From assembly GCA_964372275.1 (NCBI GenBank), contig CAYJRR010000027.1:1-39869 (forward strand): 39,869 nt of DNA, written 5' to 3'. A model generated the notes under the pieces. It worked only from the letters and a program-made list of their open reading frames with translations, was not told where the DNA came from and did not search any database. Position 1 is the first letter of the stretch. Every line of letters begins with the position of its first letter. The translations under genes were made by a program, and so were the position numbers. Positions 1 through 8,007 of the stretch are shown piece by piece. This stretch comes from an uncultured bacterium (GTDB taxonomy: Bacteria; CAYJRR01).

Positions 1-730
1 AGGCGCGCCACGGCTCGACGCCGCGCGCGGAGAGGTCGACGTCGATCCCTTCGCGGCGGCAGAGGGCCAGCGCGTCGCGCAGCCAGACCCCCTTCACCAC
101 GGCGGTGCAGAAGTAGGAGATCGGCGCAGGGCCTTCGCGCGTCACACTGAGGAAGGGGGCGGCGAGCGTGTCGGTCCGGCGCGAGCCGAGGAGCTCGAGC
201 TCCCAGGCGCTCTCCCCCTCGCGCAGGAGGGCGCGCAGGACCGTGCGGTCCCAGATCGCCGCCTGCGTCGAGAGTCGGTAGGGGCTCCCCGGATCGATCC
301 GACCGATCGTCGGATCTGATTCCCACGGGCCGTCGGGCCCCGGGCTCGGGTAAAGCCGTACGCACGCGGCGCCCGACCGGCGGCAGAGCTCGTCGAGCGC
401 GGCCACCCGCGCGCCGTCGACCGGGCGGAGGAGGAGATAGTCCTCCATCAGCAGGATCACCCGCGGCTCGGCGACCCGGTCGAGCGCGCGGGCGAAGGAA
501 CCGGTCCAGTCGCGGTCCTCGCCGACCGCGAGCGTCGTCACGCGCGGATCGTCGTGGGTGGCGTGGTTCGCGACGAGATAGACGGGATAGGGGCAGTCGG
601 GCCAATGGCGGAAGAAGAGGGTAAAGAACGGCCGCCAGAGATCGCGGTAGCGATCGCAGGAGGAGACCAGGATCGCGAGTCCGGGCGTCGCGGGCGAACG
701 GTCCGCGGCCACGGGCGACGGCGAATTCAT
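1..730 (-). CDS. Putative GT-A-fold glycosyltransferase-like protein, 3' end runs off the window
   Basis: Not in the ORF track because it is open-ended. Read by hand from ATG at 730, which overlaps the TGA of the upstream gene (ATGA): MNSPSP...LAILVSSCDRYRDLWRPFFTLFFRHWPDCPYPVYL...ILLMEDYLL...YRLSTQAAIWD...GESAWELE. This pattern is typical of hypothetical GT-like proteins in polysaccharide loci. Confidence 0.75.
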   Translation of the reverse strand, partial: MNSPSPVAADRSPATPGLAILVSSCDRYRDLWRPFFTLFFRHWPDCPYPVYLVANHATHDDPRVTTLAVGEDRDWTGSFARALDRVAEPRVILLMEDYLLLRPVDGARVAALDELCRRSGAACVRLYPSPGPDGPWESDPTIGRIDPGSPYRLSTQAAIWDRTVLRALLREGESAWELELLGSRRTDTLAAPFLSVTREGPAPISYFCTAVVKGVWLRDALALCRREGIDVDLSARGVEPWRA

Positions 731-1812
731 GGGGCGGCCTCCGCACGCGTTACGCCGCCCTCGGCGAGGGAACGGAAGAAACCGTGCGGCGAGAGACGGT
801 CCTCCCAGAGACGGCGGCAGGCCGTCTGCAGCGCTTCGAACTCCGCGGCGGAGATCCGGCGGTGGAAGTCGGCGACGCGCTCGCCGATCCGGTCGACCTC
901 CGCTTCGTCGATCCAGACGCCGTGGCGGCGCCAGTCGATCTCCTCGTGGAACGGCAGGAGGCCGTCGGAGTCGACGACGATCGGGATCCGGCCGCAGGAG
1001 AGCGTCTCGTAGAACCGATAGGAGAAGTTCCCGCCGCCGCGCGCGCAGAGGACGTAGTCGCTTTCCACCATGTTCCGCACGTACTCGCGCCGTACCTCGC
1101 GCATCCGTTCGTAGTCGACCGTTCCCGCGCGCTCCGCGCCTCCCAGGAACCGGTCGCGCGCGCGCACGTTCAGGTCGACCAGGGGGCTTCTCGCCAGGGC
1201 GCGCAGTGCCCGTGAGCGCAGGAGGTCGCCGGGATGCGGGGGGGCCGGCGGGCGGCCGATAGCGAGCCGCGCACCGCGCCGGAGGGTCTCCGTCCACCGG
1301 TGGCGGCGCGACGCGAACGACGGCGCGTGCCCACAGAAGCCGACGGTGGGTCGCTCGCGCTTCTTCCGGGTCGCCGGCCGTCCGTCGAGGTAGCGCTCGA
1401 GGAAGTCCTCGCTCCAAGACGGCATCCCGCGCTCGCCCGGGGTGCGACGGGATCTCCGGGTCGACGTCCGGAAGACGACCGCGCCGTCGATCGGGACCGG
1501 ACGCTCGGAATCGGCCCAGAAGAAGATCCAGAGCGGGCGGCCGGCGCTGCGTACCCGCGCCGAATAGGCGAACGCCTCTTCGCGAAGCGCCGGCGTCGAT
1601 TCGGCGTGGGACCAGTCGAACGGGAGGATGGCGGCGTCGGCGCGCTCGAGCGGGACCAGCTCCAGGTATCGGTTCGCCTCGGACAGGAACCGCGCGTACC
1701 GGCCGGCTTCGGGCATCCGGGGGTCCTCGGCCGGAGCGCCCCAGAACGGGAAGAGGATCGGCGTCGGCGGGACCGACGCGGGGAGCAGGCGGCGATCGGA
1801 GGAGATCCGCAT
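727..1812 (-). CDS. Exostosin-family (GT47-like) glycosyltransferase
   Basis: 361 aa. C-terminal YVLCARGGGNFSYRFYETLSCGRIPIVV...LLPFHEEIDW matches the exostosin F.LcprG...s.R..E.l..gcIPV pattern. Confidence 0.8.
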   Translation of the reverse strand: MRISSDRRLLPASVPPTPILFPFWGAPAEDPRMPEAGRYARFLSEANRYLELVPLERADAAILPFDWSHAESTPALREEAFAYSARVRSAGRPLWIFFWADSERPVPIDGAVVFRTSTRRSRRTPGERGMPSWSEDFLERYLDGRPATRKKRERPTVGFCGHAPSFASRRHRWTETLRRGARLAIGRPPAPPHPGDLLRSRALRALARSPLVDLNVRARDRFLGGAERAGTVDYERMREVRREYVRNMVESDYVLCARGGGNFSYRFYETLSCGRIPIVVDSDGLLPFHEEIDWRRHGVWIDEAEVDRIGERVADFHRRISAAEFEALQTACRRLWEDRLSPHGFFRSLAEGGVTRAEAAP

Positions 1813-1815
1813 CGA

Positions 1816-2844
1816 TCAGAAGACGAACGATCGCCCGCGGGGCGAGCCCCAGAGGCGGCCCGCGGTCAGGACGGCGTGGTAGAGGAGGCTCAAGGGCACC
1901 AAGGCCGCCGCCCCGGCCGGACCCACCGTCAGCCCGCGCGCCCGGGCCCGCCGGTGGAAGTCGAGCGCGTAGTAGCCGAGCGGAACCAGCGCGACGAGGG
2001 CCCATCGCGGTTCGGCGAGCGCGGGAAGCAGGAAGGCGGCGACGATCTTGTCCGGGGAGCCGGCGATCCAGACCCGTCCCGGAAGGCGTTCGCTGTCGAA
2101 GCGCAGGGCCCGCGACAGATCGACGAACGTCTTCCGCTTCCAGGCGAGCCGGAACCAGGCGGCGTGCGAGGCGCCGTACTTCCACGGCCGGCGGAGCAGC
2201 CCACCGATCGTCGACGGGGCGCGATGCGCGACGGCGGCTCCGACGCGCGCGATCTCGCCGCCGCGACGCAGGAGCTGGGCGGCGATCAGCGTGTCCTCGC
2301 ACCACCGGAGCCTCGGATCGAAGCCGCCGATCTCGCGGAACGCGTCGGCACGGATCGCGAGCGAGGCGCTGGAGACGCCGTCGCGCGGACTGTCGAAGCG
2401 CGTCAGGGGGGGCGGGTCGGAGCCCGCGGACGGAGGGAGGAGGAGCGCCTGCAGCGTCTCGATCGCCCCCCGCGGCGCGTGCGCGGTCACGACGCCGGCC
2501 GAGGCGACGGTCGCCGCCGATCGTTCGAGCGGGGCCAGCAGCCGCTCCAACCAGTCGTCCGCGGGGACGCAGTCGGCGTCGACGAACGCGAACACCGACC
2601 CGGTTGCGGATTCGGATCCGCGGTTCCGCGCCGGACCGGGGCCGCGTCCGTCTCCGGTCACGACCCGGAGGCGCAGCGTGGCGGCGTGCGGCGAGCCTGC
2701 CGCGATCCGGGCGGTGGCGTCGGTCGAGCGGTCGTCGACGACGACCACCTCGCCGGGCGGGCGGGTCTGCCGGCGGAGCGCGCCGAGGCAGGCCTCGATC
2801 GTGGCGGCGGCGTTGTAGGCCGGGATCACGACGGAGACGGCCAC
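1816..2844 (-). CDS. Family 2 glycosyltransferase with C-terminal membrane helices
   Basis: Start re-picked to GTG 2844. Motifs VSVVIPAYNAA, VVVVDDRSTD, ARNRG, FVDADC (DxD), GGFD, ED; hydrophobic C-terminus. Confidence 0.85.
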   Translation of the reverse strand: MAVSVVIPAYNAAATIEACLGALRRQTRPPGEVVVVDDRSTDATARIAAGSPHAATLRLRVVTGDGRGPGPARNRGSESATGSVFAFVDADCVPADDWLERLLAPLERSAATVASAGVVTAHAPRGAIETLQALLLPPSAGSDPPPLTRFDSPRDGVSSASLAIRADAFREIGGFDPRLRWCEDTLIAAQLLRRGGEIARVGAAVAHRAPSTIGGLLRRPWKYGASHAAWFRLAWKRKTFVDLSRALRFDSERLPGRVWIAGSPDKIVAAFLLPALAEPRWALVALVPLGYYALDFHRRARARGLTVGPAGAAALVPLSLLYHAVLTAGRLWGSPRGRSFVF

Positions 2845-2851
2845 GCGCGAC

Positions 2852-4009
2852 TTATACCCCAGAGTTCGCGCGAACGCCTGTTCCGCCGCCTCGCCGCGCA
2901 AGGTGCGCCAGGCTCTCCGCCAGTTCGCGTGCGAGGGGCGAGGCGTCGGCGCGTCGGCGCCAGGTCTCGACGGCGGCGTTCCGGCGGCGAGCCCGTGTCT
3001 CCGGTGGCTCGGCGGCCAGCCTCGAGATCCACCCCGCCAGCTCCGCGGTCGCGATCTCCGGCGGCACGCCGACGGCGCCCTCGCCACCGTCGAGCAGTTC
3101 GGGGGTGCCGCCGGCGGCGGTCGCCAGGACCGGCAGGCCGCGGGCCAACGCCTCCATGATCGCCTCGGATCGCTCCTCCGCCTCGCCGACGTTGACGAAG
3201 AGATCGAGCGCCCTCGACTCGAGCCAGGAGATCCAGTGGCGGTGGCTCAGGCGTCCGACGAAGTGGACGGAGACCTGCGGCGGGAGAGACTCGGCGGACC
3301 GTTCGAGCGCGGGACGGTCATCGCCCCCCCCGACGTGGAACCATTCGACGGCGTGCTCGCACTTCCGCAGCGCGCTCAGGAGCAGGCGAAGACGCTTCGA
3401 CGAGACGACGTCGCAACAGGTGACGATCCGGAAAACGCCGTCGGTCGACGGGGCGATGCGCCGGGAAGCGGCGGGGACGCCGGCGGGTCGCGTCTCGATC
3501 GGCGCGTCGGGGAATCGGGCGCGGAGGCGCACCATCCCGAATTGCGAATGGGCGTAGACGCGGTCGAGGGCCGCGACCGTGCGCGCGAGGAGCGGGTCGT
3601 CGAGCGCGCCGCCGCCCCGGAGCCGGGCGGCGACGGGCGCCCGGCCGCCGCGCTCGCGCCACAGCGCGATGGCCGTGGCCGCTACCCCTCCGTCGGGGGC
3701 GAAGAGAAGGTCGGGCGCAGGGGAATGGACCTCGATGGCATCACGCAGGCGCAGCGCGTGGCCGAGGTCGGTCGACACGTGCGGAACCTCCGCCGGACCT
3801 CGCTCACGCGCCACTCTCCATACGGACCGCATCCAATCGCGGGCCTGCCCGTCGAGGAAAAGGCGCGGACGGATCGGCGTGCTCGAGGAGGGGGGTACCG
3901 CGAGGAGGTCGATTCGATCGAAGCGCGCGAGGAGCGCGTCCTCCGTCGGCGTGGGGATGCCATCGCGTCGGGCATCGGTCGGCTGCGTCGAGACGAGGAG
4001 GAGACGCAC
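2852..4009 (-). CDS. Family 4 (GT-B) glycosyltransferase, WcaL-like, divergent
   Basis: Start re-picked to GTG 4009 (VRLLLVST), uncertain. C-terminal half has WFHVGGG, VHFVGRL, DLFVN, an E-x7-E signature (EERSEAIME) and GLPVLATAAGGTPEL. Confidence 0.75.
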   Translation of the reverse strand: MRLLLVSTQPTDARRDGIPTPTEDALLARFDRIDLLAVPPSSSTPIRPRLFLDGQARDWMRSVWRVARERGPAEVPHVSTDLGHALRLRDAIEVHSPAPDLLFAPDGGVAATAIALWRERGGRAPVAARLRGGGALDDPLLARTVAALDRVYAHSQFGMVRLRARFPDAPIETRPAGVPAASRRIAPSTDGVFRIVTCCDVVSSKRLRLLLSALRKCEHAVEWFHVGGGDDRPALERSAESLPPQVSVHFVGRLSHRHWISWLESRALDLFVNVGEAEERSEAIMEALARGLPVLATAAGGTPELLDGGEGAVGVPPEIATAELAGWISRLAAEPPETRARRRNAAVETWRRRADASPLARELAESLAHLARRGGGTGVRANSGV

Positions 4010-4019
4010 GGGTTCCGGA

Positions 4020-4790
4020 TCAACGTGTGGACGATTCGACCGCCGTTTCGACGGTTCGCCGGAAATGGAAGAAGCCGCACGCGTAGGCGCAGTCGTCGAA
4101 GGCGTGGGCGTCGGCGTTTTCGACGAACCTCCCCGTGTCGTCGACCCCGGAGAGCTCCTCGAGCGCGAGTCCGGGAAAGATCGACCGCACCTGCGCGACG
4201 GAGTGGACGCGGTGGGCGTTGAAGCAGAGCCGGGGCCTTCCGACCGGCAGCGCGAAGTAGAGGGATCCACCGGGGGCGAGCACGCGCGAAAGCTCCCGCG
4301 CGGCGGACCGGGTTCCGGCCGGATCGAGCGGATCGCCGTATCGGCCGAGACCGACGTGCTCGGCGACGTGCAGGCAGGAGAGCGACGACAGCGAGCGGTC
4401 GGGGTGAGGGATCTCCAGCACCGAACCGCGGATCGACTCCAGGTTCGGAACCACCGCGGCGAGCGGCCGGAGGTCGATGAACTGGACGCGCGTGGCGCAA
4501 GTGAGGAGGCCGACGAAGTTCACCTGGGAGCCGACGTCGACGTGGAAGGCGGGCTTCGCCTCCACGATGCGGCGGAAGGCCCAGATGCCGAGGTGGAAGT
4601 AGTGGGGATCGAAGGGGCTGGCGTCGTTCCATTCGCCGAGACAGGGGAGGAGGTCCTCCCGGCGGATCGGTTCCGCCCCCGGCATCGCGGCGTAGGCGCG
4701 CAGGTCCCGCAGGAAGCGGCGCTGGTCGCCGATCCGCGCCAGGCGGGCGCGGGGTTTGAGCTCGCGGCGGAGGAGATCCCAGACGAACAC
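4020..4790 (-). CDS. DUF268-type class I SAM-dependent methyltransferase-like protein
   Basis: FDPHYF, HVDVGS, SLSCLHVAEHVGLGRYGDPLDP, RVLAPGG and FNAHRV are the DUF268 signature. Start is GTG 4790 or GTG 4835. Confidence 0.8.
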   Translation of the reverse strand: MFVWDLLRRELKPRARLARIGDQRRFLRDLRAYAAMPGAEPIRREDLLPCLGEWNDASPFDPHYFHLGIWAFRRIVEAKPAFHVDVGSQVNFVGLLTCATRVQFIDLRPLAAVVPNLESIRGSVLEIPHPDRSLSSLSCLHVAEHVGLGRYGDPLDPAGTRSAARELSRVLAPGGSLYFALPVGRPRLCFNAHRVHSVAQVRSIFPGLALEELSGVDDTGRFVENADAHAFDDCAYACGFFHFRRTVETAVESSTR

Positions 4791-4831
4791 GAACCCCGTT
4801 GTACTCCACTCCGGCCCCGCCCGTCGCCGGG

Positions 4832-4873
4832 TCACCGGCCGGGGGCCGCGCCGGTGGCGCGGCCCCCCGGTGA
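4832..4873 (-). terminator. GC-rich hairpin after the beta-propeller gene, probable terminator or mRNA-stabilising stem
   Basis: GGGGGCCGCGCC (4841-4852), GGT loop, GGCGCGGCCCCC (4856-4867) form a perfect 12-bp stem. Outer TCACCGG/CCGGTGA also pair. It lies about 10 nt past the stop at 4884 and has no U-tract. Confidence 0.5.
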
Positions 4874-4883
4874 ATCGAACGCG

Positions 4884-6080
4884 TCAGCGAGTCTGCCCGA
4901 CGCCGCCCGAGGCGGACGATGCCGCTCCGGTCGCGGCGGCCACGGCGGTCGACTCGGTGCGTCCGACGTTGCAGCCGGCGACCTCGCCGGCTTGCGCCGC
5001 GCGCGGCGCGCCGGTGACCGCCATGCGCTTCGGCTTGGCGCCGACGGTCGCCGTCCAGAGCTTCGTCCCCTTGCAGGCGCCGGCCATGGCGTAGGCCTCG
5101 ACGGTGCCGGAGCCGGGGATCGACACGTAGGCCACCTTGCCCGACGGATCGACGGAGACCCAGTACGGTTGGGAGGAGAGGTTCTTCGCCTCGAACACCT
5201 TCCTCGCGCGGCCCGACGCGTCACGCTTGACGAAGGTCATCGCCTTGCGGCCCTCGTGGGTGTAGCCGAACAGCCGGCCGTCGTCGCTGGCGACGATCCC
5301 CTCGATCTGCTTGCGCGGTTCGCTGTGCGGACCGGACGCGTCCACGAACGGAGTCGTCACCTTCCCGTCGGCCAGCGACACGTGATGCACGCCGGTCGAG
5401 TGGTGCGCCGTGAAGTAGGCACCCTCGTTCGTGGCGTAGACGACGCGCGGGACGAGGTCGTAGCGGTACTCCTTGAGAGCCCCCTCGCCGTCGGCCGTGA
5501 TCTCGATCGAGACCACCTTCGGATCGCGCCCCTGCACCGTCGCCCACAGCGTCTTGCCGTCGGGCGAGAGCGAGACGATGTGCGGCTTCGTCCCATCGCC
5601 GATCGGCACGGTGCGGAGGGACGAGAGGCCCGATCGCGCGTCGACCACCGCGATCGCGGAGCCGCCCGAGAGCGGGATGTAGATGCGGCCGTCCGCCGTC
5701 ATCGCCGGCTGCTGCGGCGTCGCGCCAACCGGGATCGTGGCCCGCACGGCGCCGGTGGCCACGTCGATCTCGGACAACGTGCCGTTCTTCTTGTCGGTGA
5801 CGAACGCCCGCTGTCCGTCCGGCGAGTAGAGCGCGCCGAAGGCGTCCGGTCCGGTGTCGAAGCGCTTCTGGATCGCGCAGGACTTCGGATCGAGCGTCAC
5901 CGCGCCGCCCCCTTCGAGGGCGACGAGCAGTTCGGTCCCCTTCACCCATTTCTCGGCGCAGGCGTCGGCCTTGCCGGCGGATGCCGCGGCGGAGATCCCG
6001 GCGAGCGGGTTCTCGGCCGCCGTCGCGGCGGCGGGGAGGAGGGAGAGCAGCGGAAGCAGGGTTCGCGTGATCGTCTTCAT
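4884..6080 (-). CDS. Secreted YVTN/YncE-type beta-propeller protein
   Basis: Real start is ATG 6080 with SD AAGGAG. Sec signal MKTITRTLLPLLSLLPAAATAA. Repeats YSPDGQRAFVT, ATIPVGATP, LSPDGKTLWAT, VDPSGKVAYVS. Ala-rich tail. Confidence 0.85.
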   Translation of the reverse strand: MKTITRTLLPLLSLLPAAATAAENPLAGISAAASAGKADACAEKWVKGTELLVALEGGGAVTLDPKSCAIQKRFDTGPDAFGALYSPDGQRAFVTDKKNGTLSEIDVATGAVRATIPVGATPQQPAMTADGRIYIPLSGGSAIAVVDARSGLSSLRTVPIGDGTKPHIVSLSPDGKTLWATVQGRDPKVVSIEITADGEGALKEYRYDLVPRVVYATNEGAYFTAHHSTGVHHVSLADGKVTTPFVDASGPHSEPRKQIEGIVASDDGRLFGYTHEGRKAMTFVKRDASGRARKVFEAKNLSSQPYWVSVDPSGKVAYVSIPGSGTVEAYAMAGACKGTKLWTATVGAKPKRMAVTGAPRAAQAGEVAGCNVGRTESTAVAAATGAASSASGGVGQTR

Positions 6081-6136
6081 CGTCTTTCTCCTTCTTGCGT
6101 AGCGGAACGTGTCCCCCCCGTTCCCCCGTGTCCCCG

Positions 6137-7852
6137 TCACGGGATGTTGAACGCGTAGTTGGCGCCGAAGTTCGAGTCGTAGACCCGGCAGCCGGTGTTG
6201 TCCTCGTTGATCATGTACATCTCGAGCTTGACCGCGCCCTCCGGCACCTGCACCCAGTAGGGGGTCTGCATCTTTCCGTCGTGGCCGGCGTTCGCGTAGT
6301 TGTAGGTGAACCAGAGGTAGCGCCACTGGCCACCGTTGACGCGGTACTGGCCCCACACCCTCCAGCCCGGTCCGCGGCAGCTCGGGAGCCGCGCCGTGTC
6401 GTAATCGACCCGGATCGGCGATCCGGCCTGGATCGGCCCGCTCTCCACCACCTCGTTCCAGTCGGAGCGGAAGAAGATCGTCGCGAAGTCCTTGACGAAG
6501 GTTCCGTTCGTCGCCGGTCGATACGGATGGATCAGCTCCTCGGTGCAGATCTCCCGGCCGTGATGGAGGAAGTACCAGTGATAGTTCGACTGGTCGTAGA
6601 CGTTCCCCCATCCATCGCGACGGCTCTCGCCGCGGCGCACGGCGAACGTCTCGCCGGGGCGCAGGAAGCCGAAGGTGGCGACGTCGGTCAGACCGTAGGC
6701 CCATTTCGATCCGGCGGGGAGCAGCACGCCGGGCAAGGCGTTCGCCTTCGCGTAGGCGACGACGATCGGCTCGTCCTCGAGACTGTGCACGATCGTCTCT
6801 GCCGGATCGCCGATGCGATGCCAGCCGGAGCCGCTCACGGTGCCGCCGTCGGGCGCGGTCGCCTCCAGTTCCGGGCGCCGCCGCTCGAAGCAGGTGTACA
6901 TCGTCTTCATCGGCGCGTAGGGAAGGCCGGCGACCCAGGTCCAACCCTGTCCCACCGCGGTGACGTCGTGGTGCCCACCCTCGGGGAACTCGCCGTGGAT
7001 GTCGTCCGGCGTGTAGGGCGTCTGGTTGTAGTTCCCGGGGAAGGTCGTCGACGAGAGCGTGTCGAACGGCGCCTGGCCGGTCGACGCGATCGAGACCCCC
7101 AGCGGATCGATCAGGTCGCGGCCGTCCGAGTAACGGCGCATCGGCTCGGGGACGGTCTGCACGAACTCGTCGACGGTGCGGCGCGGGTGTTCGAAGGCGA
7201 CCGGGAAGCCGTCGGGCCAGCCGGTCGGCTGCACGAAGCCGACCGATGCGCCGCTGCCGTCCCAGCCGACGGTCATCGGCGGATCGAACTCGGCGACGTA
7301 GTCGCCGTCCGCCTCCCGCGTCAGCGGAAAGGTGTTGAAGGTGTCGGCGGGAACCCACAGCCCGTCGTAGGTGCCGCGCACCGAGACGCCGGCGCCGAGC
7401 GGCAGCGTCCGGTCGAACTCCAACCGGATCCGGAACGAGCCGTTCCCGAACTTCAGGCGGGTGGCGACGAGCGGCGGGCGCTTCTGTCCCCACCACGGGA
7501 AGTCGACGGTGGCGTTGGTCTGCCCGTCACCGTAGGGGCTGAAGTCGCTGCGGACCATGCGCACCGGAACCGCGACGGTGACGTCGTCGACGCCCGGGCG
7601 CTCCCACGCGGCGTTGAGCGCCGCCGAGACGGCGTTCGCGAGCACCGCTTCGTTTCGCCAGCGCGACGCGTCGGCGCCGCCCCATGGTGCCAGCGCGCCC
7701 GTTCCGCCGGGGTGGGGCAGCTTCGGCATCGGAGACGGGTTGACCGGCTCCGAGCGTTGATCCGGTCCCGGCACGAACGGAAGCATCGGATCGCAGCCCG
7801 CGGCCGAAAGGAGCGCGATCCCCACCACCATCGAACGAGTTCCCAGACGCAT
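6137..7852 (-). CDS. Lipoprotein with unrecognised N-terminal region and C-terminal DUF6209-like (CBM-like) domain
   Basis: 571 aa, SD GGAGG, lipobox-like LSAAGC. C-terminal [11 protein letters not shown]...[15 protein letters not shown]...[11 protein letters not shown]...[13 protein letters not shown] resembles myxobacterial DUF6209 (recognised from memory). Confidence 0.7.
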   Translation of the reverse strand: MRLGTRSMVVGIALLSAAGCDPMLPFVPGPDQRSEPVNPSPMPKLPHPGGTGALAPWGGADASRWRNEAVLANAVSAALNAAWERPGVDDVTVAVPVRMVRSDFSPYGDGQTNATVDFPWWGQKRPPLVATRLKFGNGSFRIRLEFDRTLPLGAGVSVRGTYDGLWVPADTFNTFPLTREADGDYVAEFDPPMTVGWDGSGASVGFVQPTGWPDGFPVAFEHPRRTVDEFVQTVPEPMRRYSDGRDLIDPLGVSIASTGQAPFDTLSSTTFPGNYNQTPYTPDDIHGEFPEGGHHDVTAVGQGWTWVAGLPYAPMKTMYTCFERRRPELEATAPDGGTVSGSGWHRIGDPAETIVHSLEDEPIVVAYAKANALPGVLLPAGSKWAYGLTDVATFGFLRPGETFAVRRGESRRDGWGNVYDQSNYHWYFLHHGREICTEELIHPYRPATNGTFVKDFATIFFRSDWNEVVESGPIQAGSPIRVDYDTARLPSCRGPGWRVWGQYRVNGGQWRYLWFTYNYANAGHDGKMQTPYWVQVPEGAVKLEMYMINEDNTGCRVYDSNFGANYAFNIP

Positions 7853-7890
7853 CGAGCACCTCCACCTCTTTCCCGAGGCTGACGCGCTGC

Positions 7891-7906
7891 AGCACGGGGC
7901 GTGCCG
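7891..7906 (-). promoter_or_regulatory. Sigma54 (-24/-12) promoter for the lipoprotein/beta-propeller operon
   Basis: Minus strand CGGCACGCCCCGTGCT has exact GG-N10-GC spacing (GG 7905-7904, GC 7893-7892). It is about 40 nt upstream of ATG 7852 and next to a GAFTGA-containing activator gene. Confidence 0.8.
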
Positions 7907-7913
7907 CTCGAAA

Positions 7914-7926
7914 AGTCGAGGGGTTA
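7914..7926 (+). promoter_or_regulatory. Degenerate IHF-like site between the sigma54 promoter and the enhancer-like sites
   Basis: AGTCGAGGGGTTA matches WATCAANNNNTTR at 7 of 9 specified positions, follows an A-tract, and sits where IHF sites occur in sigma54 promoters. Confidence 0.4.
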
Positions 7927-7928
7927 CG

Positions 7929-7985
7929 GGCCGAGCGCCGGCTCAACCGGCCGAACTTCGGCCACCGGCCGGCCCAAAACCGGCC
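7929..7985. promoter_or_regulatory. Three phased palindromic sites, putative upstream activator sequences
   Basis: GGCCGA-GCG-CCGGCT (7929-7943), GGCCGA-ACT-TCGGCC (7949-7963, perfect arms) and GGCCCA-AAA-CCGGCC (7971-7985). Spacing is 20 and 22 bp. Confidence 0.6.
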
Positions 7986-8007
7986 ACCTCGCGTATGCTG
8001 GAGGACG

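Noticed and set aside
6108..6136. G-runs (minus strand) between the lipoprotein and propeller genes as a G-quadruplex
   Set aside because: Only three long G-runs; more simply a short GGGGACACG duplication.
4884..7496. 870-aa ORF that could suggest a larger protein or a frameshift fusion with the upstream lipoprotein
   Set aside because: The first 472 codons are Arg/Pro-rich off-frame read-through of the 6137-7852 gene. The propeller has its own SD and signal peptide at 6080.
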